Shown here: positions 25,973 through 33,542 of the stretch, piece after piece
Position numbering within the stretch: the first letter of the stretch is position 1
Layout of the letters: the number at the start of each line of letters is the position of its first letter
The notes under the pieces: generated by a model
What the model was told of the DNA's origin: nothing
Database searches by the model: none
Seen by the model: only the letters and a program-made list of their open reading frames with translations
Source of the DNA: an uncultured Thioalkalispiraceae bacterium
Lineage (GTDB): Bacteria > Pseudomonadota > Gammaproteobacteria > UBA6429 > Thiohalophilaceae
Reading direction: 5' to 3'
Assembly: GCA_964516315.1 (NCBI GenBank)
Contig: CAZEZI010000001.1
Location: forward strand, 1 to 57,147
Length of the DNA: 57,147 nt
Made by a program: the position numbers and the translations under genes

Positions 25973-28027
25973 TTACGGCAAAATACGTATCAGGATGACG
26001 ATTGAGCGTGCCTTTACCTTATAACGCAGGCTTTGCAAAGCCTCTTCATTACCCGGCTCGGCAATATCATCGGGACTTTCCAGGCTTGTATCCACTACCC
26101 GACGCCATTCGGCAGAAGCACCTTCCTGAATGGTAAACACCCGATCCTGCCAGTAAGCATTGATCATGACATAAATATCCCGATCGTCCTGGGATATGCC
26201 ATGAAGGCAGTAAGCCAATGTATGTGAATGCTCGGCCCTGTCGACTTCAGAGTTAACACCATACCAATGGATATCGTCACGCCAGAACCGGCTGCGGCCG
26301 AGGGAAGGATGTGTCTTGCGAAAGGCGATCATGTTGCGAAAAAAACGGAACATATTCTGATTGGTCTCAAGCAGGTTCCAGTTCAGCCAGCTGATTTTAT
26401 TATCCTGATTGTAGGGGTTGTTATTGCCAGACTGGGTCTGCATGAATTCGTCACCGGCGCGAATCATCGGTGTGCCGTTGGCTAGCATTAACAGACAACA
26501 GAAATTTTTAATCTGGGTCTTGCGTAAATGCATCACTTCATCCGGTACTTCGGTATCGCCTTCCCAGCCACAGTTCCAGGAAAAATTATGATCGCTACCA
26601 TCGGTGTTGCCATGGCCATTTATTTCGTTGTGTTTATGATTATAGGAAACCAGGTCATAGAGTGTGAATCCATCATGTGCTGTAATAAAATTGACACTCT
26701 GGTAGGCATGATAAGCTTCCACCAATGAATCCGGGAACAGGTCATCGCTGCCGTAAAGCCGTTGTATCAATGAATTAACCAGTCCATTGTCCCCCCGGAC
26801 AAAGCGGCGAACATCATCGCGGAACTCCCCGTTCCATTGTTGCCAGCTAATGCCAGGAAAGGTACGCCCCAGTTGATAACTGGAAATGTCCCAGGCCTCG
26901 GCGATCAAGCGTACATTGGCAAGGTCGGGATCTGAACGAATCGCAGAGATAATCGGTGCATCTTTCAGGTTGACCGAGCCATCACTGCTGCGGGTAAAGA
27001 TCGAAGCCAGATCAAAACGAAAACCATCCACGCCCATTTCTTTTACCCAGTAGCGCAGGCTATCCAGCACCATGCTGCGTACATAGCGGTTGGCGGTATG
27101 TAACACATTGCCGGTGCCCGCATCGTTACGATAATAACGGCGGTTATTTTCAAGCAGGTAATAGGTCGTATTATCAATACCACGAAAACTGTAAGTAGGC
27201 CCATGTTCATTGCCTTCACCGCTATGGTTATAAACGACATCCAGAATGGTTTCGATATCCGCCTGGTGAAATGCATTAACCATACTCCTGAATTCATCCA
27301 GCAAGTCGGCTGGCGAATCAGAACTGCCATACAGGTGATGTGGTGCGAAAAAACTCAGTGGCATATACCCCCAGTAATCATTCTCCTGTGGATCAAACTG
27401 AAAAACCGGCATCAGCTCGACTGCAGTCACGCCGAGTGATTGCAAATAGGGAATTTTTTCAACCAGGCCTGAAAAAGTGCCGCGCCTGTCAGGGGCTACA
27501 CCGGAAGCCGCATGCCGGGTAAATCCTTTGACGTGCAATTCGTAGATAATCGTGTCGTGCGTGTGCCGGGGTTTTTGATCCTGTACCAGAGCATTAACGT
27601 CTGCATGAGATTGAATAACGCCCAGCGGTGCCTTGCCAATGTTCGATCCTGATCCTGTTGCGGCCTGACGGTTAAACGCCGGTGGGAAAAACACGGCCCG
27701 GCTATACGGGTCCAGCAGACTTTTCTGCCGATCAAAGCGATGACCTTTTTTCAGGTCAAATGGACCCTCAACCTGATAAGCATAGTAATGTGCATCATCC
27801 ACAATTGCTGCCGGCAAGCGGCAATGCCACACACGACCGGATTTATTCAACAAGGGGTTGAGCAGGTATGTGTATATCGGGGCTTGCAAATCGTTTTTAC
27901 GATATAGATGTAACGATACGGCAGATGCATGTTTGCTATACAGGGCGAAATTCCAGGCTTGCTGAGGCTCAACAAAGCTGACGCCCAGCGGTCGTGGTGA
28001 TCCTTCCAGTGCTTCCCAGTTATTCAT
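25973..28027 (-). CDS. glgX: Glycogen debranching enzyme (isoamylase type, GH13)
   Basis: VYNHSGEG, GFRFDLA, IAEAWD and FITAHDGFTL conserved regions. ATG at 28027 (MNNWEAL…) is preferred over the TTG at 28045. Confidence 0.9.
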   Translation of the reverse strand: MNNWEALEGSPRPLGVSFVEPQQAWNFALYSKHASAVSLHLYRKNDLQAPIYTYLLNPLLNKSGRVWHCRLPAAIVDDAHYYAYQVEGPFDLKKGHRFDRQKSLLDPYSRAVFFPPAFNRQAATGSGSNIGKAPLGVIQSHADVNALVQDQKPRHTHDTIIYELHVKGFTRHAASGVAPDRRGTFSGLVEKIPYLQSLGVTAVELMPVFQFDPQENDYWGYMPLSFFAPHHLYGSSDSPADLLDEFRSMVNAFHQADIETILDVVYNHSGEGNEHGPTYSFRGIDNTTYYLLENNRRYYRNDAGTGNVLHTANRYVRSMVLDSLRYWVKEMGVDGFRFDLASIFTRSSDGSVNLKDAPIISAIRSDPDLANVRLIAEAWDISSYQLGRTFPGISWQQWNGEFRDDVRRFVRGDNGLVNSLIQRLYGSDDLFPDSLVEAYHAYQSVNFITAHDGFTLYDLVSYNHKHNEINGHGNTDGSDHNFSWNCGWEGDTEVPDEVMHLRKTQIKNFCCLLMLANGTPMIRAGDEFMQTQSGNNNPYNQDNKISWLNWNLLETNQNMFRFFRNMIAFRKTHPSLGRSRFWRDDIHWYGVNSEVDRAEHSHTLAYCLHGISQDDRDIYVMINAYWQDRVFTIQEGASAEWRRVVDTSLESPDDIAEPGNEEALQSLRYKVKARSIVILIRILP

Positions 28028-28067
28028 AGGGTTGTCTCGATGCAAAGCTTTGGCGGTGGTGCAGGCC

Positions 28068-28085
28068 GGGATGACCTGGGTGGCA
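28068..28085 (-). promoter_or_regulatory. Degenerate copy of the island cis-element (TGCCACCCAGGTCATCCC in gene direction)
   Basis: It shares CAC-CCAGG-T…CATCC with copies A and B but is 2 nt shorter. It lies 40-60 nt upstream of the glgX ATG. Confidence 0.3.
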
Positions 28086-28151
28086 GATAAGCTTGCAGGA
28101 ATAGACTGTGTATACCGAAATGTTTAATCATGTGCGGTAGAGGATGAATGT

Positions 28152-30677
28152 TCATTGCGGCCATGCGATTAAGGCGGCTTCGGCCGGAACCTGTGCTTCG
28201 GCATGATACGGAATTACGCGCGGAGTAAAATCTGTGGCTGGCCGTGTCGTTTCAATGTTTGCCTGGTAGCTGTAGCCATGAATAGCACCGGTAATTTTTT
28301 CGCCACAGTCACATTCGTACACTTGAGGGTTGTTACGGTCGTTACTCTCGGCATACAGTTGGACGTGGATGTGTTCAGGCAGAATCTCGCCCAGGTAAAC
28401 CTGTATCTGGAAGCACCAGCCGTTATCCGTTTTTTTTACTTGAGTATTACCGAAGTGAACCTGGTCCCAGTGCAGTTTTAGTGTGTTGATCCAGTCATTA
28501 AGTTGTTTTGCCAACTGTCCCTGCTGTGCACGTCGCTTTTCATACGCAGCCGATGCCGGGTTGTAAAGTAGCTTGACGTAATCCAGCATCATGCGGTTAC
28601 TGCTGAATTGTGGCGCCAGTTGCGTCATACTGTTGCGAATACGAGTTAACCATTTTCGGGGTAAACCCTGTGTATCACGATGATAGAACATGGGAATAAT
28701 TTCATCTTCAAGTCGCCGGTAGAGCTGTTCGGCTTCTGTGGCATCCCAGGCCGGATCCGAATTATGCTCCTTGCCATCACCGAGTGACCAGCCGACATCG
28801 CAGGTACAGGCTTCTGCCCACCAACCATCCAGCTCGGAGAGATTGAGGCCGCCGTTGACCAGCACCTTCATGCCACTGGTGCCGCAGGCTTCCCAGGGTC
28901 GGCGGGGTGTGTTGATCCAGACGTCGACACCCTGCACCAGTTGTTGTGCCAGGGCGATGTCGTAATCTTCCAGAAAAACCACATGACTACGAATATAAGG
29001 CTGACGAATATAGTTGACCCACTCCTGTATCATGGCCTGGCCCTCAAGGTCATTCGGATGTGCCTTACCGGCAATAATCAGTTGTACTGGTTGCGTACTG
29101 TTTGTTAACAGGCTCGTTAAACGCTGGCGATTATGCAATAAAAGATTAGGGCGTTTATAGGATGCAAAACGCCGGGCAAACCCCAGGGTAAGGGCATTTG
29201 GATCCAGTATCTGTGCCACATTGTTTACCTGTTCCGGGCTGGCACCAGCTTGCCCCAGTTGCAGTGCCAGCCGCTTGCGAGCGTAGTACACCAGCCCCTC
29301 GCGTTCACTGGCACGCAATTTCCAAAGCGTTTCGTCTTTCAGTTCCTCTATAGAGCGGTGCAGGGCATCAATGTTGCCCAGCCAACGCTGTTTGCCACAG
29401 GCTTCGGTCCACAGACGGTCGGCCCAGGGCGAATCCCATGACGGTATATGTACACCGTTGGTGATGTATTTGACGGGCACTTCGGCCAGCGGCCAGCGAG
29501 GATAAAGAGCAGCAAACAACTGGCGGCTGACTTCACCGTGCAGGCGACTGACACCATTACTACGTGCGCAGCCGCGCATTGCCAGATACGCCATATTGAA
29601 TGCTTCCGTCTTGTCATTCGGGTTTTTGCGGCCCAGGGTCAGTAATTCCTGCAGCGAGAGTCCGGTGCGGGTCAAAAAATCGTGAAACATCGGGAAGTAC
29701 TTGTCTATGAATTGAGGTGGGAAGGTATCGAATCCGGCGGCTACGGGTGTATGTGTAGTAAACACATTACCTGCGCGTGTGGTCCACAAGGCTTCATCAA
29801 AGCAAACACCATGTTTATCCATAAAGCTGCGTGTACGTTCCAGAATGGCAAATGCCGCATGACCTTCATTTAAATGACATACTGAAATGTCTTCACCCAA
29901 CGCCATCAGTAAGCGCCAGCCACCGATACCGAGTACTAGTTCCTGAAGGAATCGCAGCTCTCGTCCGCTGTCATAAAGTTTATTGGTAATGCCTCGGTCG
30001 CGTGGGCTGTTCAGCGGGTCATTGCTGTCCAGCAAATACAGACGGACACGACCGACATTCACTTGCCAGACACGTAACTTTAATTGCCGACCAGGCAGAT
30101 TCAGGGGGACATGTAACCATTCTCCTGATGCTGTGTGTACCGGCTGAATGGGTAGAGTGGATGGTTCGTTATAGGGATACACTGCTAGCTGGCGGCCATT
30201 GGTATCGAGCATCTGACGGAAGTAACCTTCCTGGTAGAGTAAGCCAACACCGACAACGGGTAGCCCGAGATCACTGGCAGTCTTGAGATAATCCCCGGCC
30301 AGAATGCCCAGACCACCGGCGTAAATACGCAAGGCTTCGCCAAGACCAAATTCCATGCTGAAGTAGGCAATCTTGCCAAGTTCGATATGTGGCTGTGCCT
30401 GGCCGTACCAGCCGGGATCGGCCATGTGGTTTTCCCTTTCATCAGACAGGCGTTTCAGTTCTTGACAAAACGGTGTGTTATTTGCGAGTTGTTGCAGGCG
30501 CTGGTATGGCACATCTTGTAATAGTATCCATGGGTTTTCAGTACGCTCCCAGGCATCCTTATCAAGCATGCACCAGAGGGTGTCAGCGCTATGGCTCCAG
30601 GTCCAGCGCATGTCCAGAGCCAACTCGGTCAGTGCTTCCAGACCTTGGGGTAACGGGCGAGGTAAAAAGGCAGGCAT
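28152..30677 (-). CDS. glgP: Alpha-glucan (glycogen/maltodextrin) phosphorylase, DUF3417-containing GlgP family
   Basis: N-terminal LALDMRWTWSH…W pattern and a full-length GT35-like core (…FSMEFGL…AGGLGILAGD…TNGVH…), 841 aa. Confidence 0.9.
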   Translation of the reverse strand: MPAFLPRPLPQGLEALTELALDMRWTWSHSADTLWCMLDKDAWERTENPWILLQDVPYQRLQQLANNTPFCQELKRLSDERENHMADPGWYGQAQPHIELGKIAYFSMEFGLGEALRIYAGGLGILAGDYLKTASDLGLPVVGVGLLYQEGYFRQMLDTNGRQLAVYPYNEPSTLPIQPVHTASGEWLHVPLNLPGRQLKLRVWQVNVGRVRLYLLDSNDPLNSPRDRGITNKLYDSGRELRFLQELVLGIGGWRLLMALGEDISVCHLNEGHAAFAILERTRSFMDKHGVCFDEALWTTRAGNVFTTHTPVAAGFDTFPPQFIDKYFPMFHDFLTRTGLSLQELLTLGRKNPNDKTEAFNMAYLAMRGCARSNGVSRLHGEVSRQLFAALYPRWPLAEVPVKYITNGVHIPSWDSPWADRLWTEACGKQRWLGNIDALHRSIEELKDETLWKLRASEREGLVYYARKRLALQLGQAGASPEQVNNVAQILDPNALTLGFARRFASYKRPNLLLHNRQRLTSLLTNSTQPVQLIIAGKAHPNDLEGQAMIQEWVNYIRQPYIRSHVVFLEDYDIALAQQLVQGVDVWINTPRRPWEACGTSGMKVLVNGGLNLSELDGWWAEACTCDVGWSLGDGKEHNSDPAWDATEAEQLYRRLEDEIIPMFYHRDTQGLPRKWLTRIRNSMTQLAPQFSSNRMMLDYVKLLYNPASAAYEKRRAQQGQLAKQLNDWINTLKLHWDQVHFGNTQVKKTDNGWCFQIQVYLGEILPEHIHVQLYAESNDRNNPQVYECDCGEKITGAIHGYSYQANIETTRPATDFTPRVIPYHAEAQVPAEAALIAWPQ

Positions 30678-30760
30678 CGTATCAAGCTTTATTAATTGGG
30701 GTCATTTGTAGTAATCAATTTATTTAACTGTTTGCAAACTACCCTGAATGGGCACGACAG

Positions 30761-30779
30761 GGATGCAACTTAGGTGACA
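30761..30779 (-). promoter_or_regulatory. Island cis-element copy C (TGTCACCTAAGTTGCATCC in gene direction)
   Basis: 17/19 identical to copies A and B. The centre lies about 95 nt upstream of the glgP ATG. Confidence 0.55.
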
Positions 30780-30895
30780 GCAACAGACAAATAACAACCA
30801 GTATAATAATAATTACAGCATGCACAATTCAATATTGCACAGAACAAGATCATCAAAATCTTTTCTATCGCCGCAGGTCACGATTGAGCTGTCTG

Positions 30896-30911
30896 TGTCA
30901 CTTGAGTGACA
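30896..30911. promoter_or_regulatory. Palindromic variant of the cis-element (TGTCAC-TTGA-GTGACA)
   Basis: Perfect TGTCA-N6-TGACA dyad in the 480-nt glgP/hsp20 divergent intergenic region. Confidence 0.5.
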
Positions 30912-31158
30912 GACAAGCTATTTTTGTTTAAGCATTATTCAGATATTACCAATACGGTAATTTCTAATGGTGCGATTAGTTCATCAGAATAGAATGTTGT
31001 CTGGCGCTATTGCCTGATTCGTTTTGCCGGATGGTATTAATTGCAGTTAACCAGCAGGTTTAAGGCACACTCCATATGTGTATTGCGCAATAGCACATGT
31101 ATACAGATTGTATGGTGTAAATTCAGTTTTTTATAACTACTTTGAAGAGGTGTTAAAA

Positions 31159-31629
31159 ATGTCAGCGAATAAAAGCACGGGACTGCCCGTAATTCATAAA
31201 AATGGTGGTATCTTTACAACCTTTAACCATATCCAGGATATGATTCGAGAGCATGCTAGTCGTATTTTTCATGATCGCAACCCGCATGAAGGTGATGCCT
31301 TGTCAGACTGGTTGAAAGCTGAATCGGAAGTGTTAAGCGATATTGATCTGAGATTGGAAAATGATAAAAAACAAGTTGTTATTAAAGGTGATTTAGAAGG
31401 CTTTTTGCCCGAAGAAATTGAAATCAAGGTCGGGGATGGTATAGTCGAGATTGGTGGTATCCACAGTGAGAAAAGCAGCAGCAAGAAAAAAGGCACAACC
31501 AGGACAATATCGAAACAGGTAAACTTTTACAGATCCTTTCGTTTACCTGATTCAGTCGATACAGATAAAATGGACGTAAAACTGAAAAGTGGAAAATTTA
31601 CTGCAAGGATCCCAAAAACATCGCATTAG
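31159..31629 (+). CDS. Hsp20/alpha-crystallin family small heat-shock protein
   Basis: Alpha-crystallin domain (…IDLRLENDKKQVVIKGDLEGFLPEEIEIKV…FYRSFRLPDSVDTDKMDVKLKSGKFTARIPK). ATG at 31159 is preferred. Confidence 0.85.
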   Translation: MSANKSTGLPVIHKNGGIFTTFNHIQDMIREHASRIFHDRNPHEGDALSDWLKAESEVLSDIDLRLENDKKQVVIKGDLEGFLPEEIEIKVGDGIVEIGGIHSEKSSSKKKGTTRTISKQVNFYRSFRLPDSVDTDKMDVKLKSGKFTARIPKTSH

Positions 31630-31818
31630 TTGTGTGTTGAATAAGCATCCCTTCTATACTTTAAAGATCTCAATGGAGGGTAAAAAATTGTAGTTAGCGC
31701 GAGTTAAACGGTATCAGGCATGCATATGTGTTCTTAACGCAATGTGGCATGATTTCAGGATGAAGAGTGAGAACAATCTGTTCTTTAAATTAATGCAAGC
31801 CGATGGGAGATACTCATA

Positions 31819-32571
31819 ATGAAGAGGGATCCGGTTTATTACAATCATTGTAAAGAAGTATTATCCCGGTCGCCGCTGTTTACCGGACTTGCCGAGAACT
31901 TGCTTGATGACATGTTGTCGTTGTTCCGGCGTGACACCTGGCGCAGGGGCGTGCATCTGGATCCGGATATTTTTCAGGAACGCTTTTTTTTGTTGATCGA
32001 AGGTCGTCTTGATGTCATGCGCATCAACCCGCAAACAGGCAGAAGCATTACATTGTATATACTCGGCCCGGGTGATGGCATCGATATAGTGACGCTATTA
32101 AATACAAAGCCGCATGAAATGGTTTCAATGGCGCTGGATGACGTTGCCCTGATGTCCGTGCCGATAGGGGCAGCCCGTGACTGGATAGATCGGCATCCTG
32201 AATTCAACCGCAATTTCCTGCCTTACCTGGGTGAGCAGATGCGCCAGATGGAAGACCTGGCCACTGAGCTTGTCTTGCACGACACTATGACACGACTTGC
32301 TCGGCTGATACTGCGTCACATTGTACCGCACCACCCTCATGCCGATGATGGTATGTACGACCTCAAACTGATACACGATCTGCACGATGAGGGTCTGGCA
32401 CGCATGGTAGGTTCAGTGCGTCAGGTGGTAAACCGACATCTTCAACATTGGCGTAAGCAAGGCATACTACATAAGCAGAAATTTCACATGGAGGTCGCTG
32501 AACTTGAAGCACTGCAAGCCTGTGCCGATGATGCGAAACATCACGTGGAAAAGAAAATAAAGATAGCCTGA
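31819..32571 (+). CDS. Crp/Fnr-family transcriptional regulator
   Basis: It has a cNMP-binding-like beta-roll (…FFLLIEGRLDVMRINPQTGRSITLYILGPGD…). The C-terminal HTH GSVRQVVNRHLQHW aligns with CRP GCSRETVGRILKML. There is no FNR-type N-terminal Cys cluster. Confidence 0.85.
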   Translation: MKRDPVYYNHCKEVLSRSPLFTGLAENLLDDMLSLFRRDTWRRGVHLDPDIFQERFFLLIEGRLDVMRINPQTGRSITLYILGPGDGIDIVTLLNTKPHEMVSMALDDVALMSVPIGAARDWIDRHPEFNRNFLPYLGEQMRQMEDLATELVLHDTMTRLARLILRHIVPHHPHADDGMYDLKLIHDLHDEGLARMVGSVRQVVNRHLQHWRKQGILHKQKFHMEVAELEALQACADDAKHHVEKKIKIA

Positions 32572-32624
32572 ATTCTTTGCAGTTCCACATGATGTTTTCC
32601 ACCACATGTCACATGTGTGATCGT

Positions 32625-32646
32625 GGCTGTCACCCAGGTGACAGCC
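32625..32646. promoter_or_regulatory. Perfect 10+10 inverted repeat GGCTGTCACC-CA-GGTGACAGCC (cis-element variant and/or terminator)
   Basis: It contains TGTCAC-CCAG-GTGACA. It is followed by ATTTTTAT, so it could also terminate the regulator gene (stop at 32571). It lies about 95 nt upstream of the next CDS. Confidence 0.55.
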
Positions 32647-32734
32647 ATTTTTATATCCTTGTATCACACTGGCCTGAATGACTGAAACTGGCAAATTCCG
32701 CCTGGCGGGATTAGTTATTTAGAGGAAAGTGATA

Positions 32735-33244
32735 GTGACAAAAAATTGTTGTGTTGTGATTTACACAGACTCTGGTGCCGTTAAGCAAGCTCTTGGAGAA
32801 CTGCAAATGGTGGGCTGTGATCTTCAGCAAGTGTCGGTCATCGCCAGAGGTTGTCAAGGTAAAGAATGCCCGGTAGGCATTTATGGTATTGAAGATCGGA
32901 TATACTTTTTGGGTCAACAGGGTAGATTTTGGGATGATTTGTGGAGTCAGTTGGCCGGTTCAGCCTTTTTCTGGGAGCCTGATTTTGGACCATTGGTGGC
33001 AGCGGGCCAAATTGTCAATATGATGATACGTGGTCTGGACGACGTTGAGATTGGTGATAGTTTTAGTTTGCCCGGTGCTGCATTTTTTATTGTAGGTGTA
33101 CCAAGGGGCAGTATAAAAGAGTACGAACAGGCGATTAAGGCAGAAAAATTTTTGTTGCTTTTCCATGGTGAACGCCGGGATGTTGAACGCGCCTGTAGTG
33201 TTCTGCATGGCGAAACACAACAGGTGACCGTGCACCATGCCTGA
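32735..33244 (+). CDS. YflT/general-stress-protein-like protein (paralogue of 45461-46003)
   Basis: N-terminal VVIYTDSGAVKQALGELQMVGCDLQQVSVI and C-terminal GVPRGSIKEYEQAIKAEKFLLLFHG parallel the other copy. GTG at 32735 has AGAGGA 8 nt upstream. Confidence 0.5.
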   Translation: MTKNCCVVIYTDSGAVKQALGELQMVGCDLQQVSVIARGCQGKECPVGIYGIEDRIYFLGQQGRFWDDLWSQLAGSAFFWEPDFGPLVAAGQIVNMMIRGLDDVEIGDSFSLPGAAFFIVGVPRGSIKEYEQAIKAEKFLLLFHGERRDVERACSVLHGETQQVTVHHA

Positions 33245-33255
33245 AACCACGCCCT

Positions 33256-33271
33256 TGTCACCCAGGCTTGC
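33256..33271 (+). promoter_or_regulatory. Variant copy of the cis-element (TGTCACCCAGGCTTGC, one extra nt)
   Basis: Same orientation as the downstream ppsA, but about 280 nt upstream of its ATG and with altered spacing. Confidence 0.35.
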
Positions 33272-33542
33272 GGTGATTCTCCGCTGCCGGTAGCGGTGGT
33301 GGATGTGCAGGAAGCTGGATTGCCCTGCTGACCGTTTCCCCATTCTTTGAGGCGCCGGCTTTGGAAGCGGCCTTGGTCAAGGGCTGCATACAGACCGATG
33401 AGCTGATGCGGCCGGTGTTACGCGAATTGCGCACAGCGCGGCGCGTTTTCTGGAGGCGTTGCCCAGCTATCTTTGACTAATCCGGAATCCATTATTAAAG
33501 ATGCGGGTGACGACGCCTAACTCTATCTAAAAGGAAAAGTCC

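Noticed and set aside
18193-30779. Calling the asymmetric cis-element copies canonical sigma-54 promoters
   Set aside because: The spacing and the -12 TTGCA fit. However, the essentially invariant -24 GG is GT (or GC in the degenerate glgX copy) in every copy, and no enhancer-binding AAA+ activator is encoded nearby. It is kept only as an alternative hypothesis.
31819-32571. Calling the regulator an FNR-type oxygen sensor
   Set aside because: The N-terminal region has a single Cys (C11) instead of the Cys cluster that ligates the [4Fe-4S] centre in FNR. The recognition helix is CRP/CooA-like rather than FNR-like (no E--SR).
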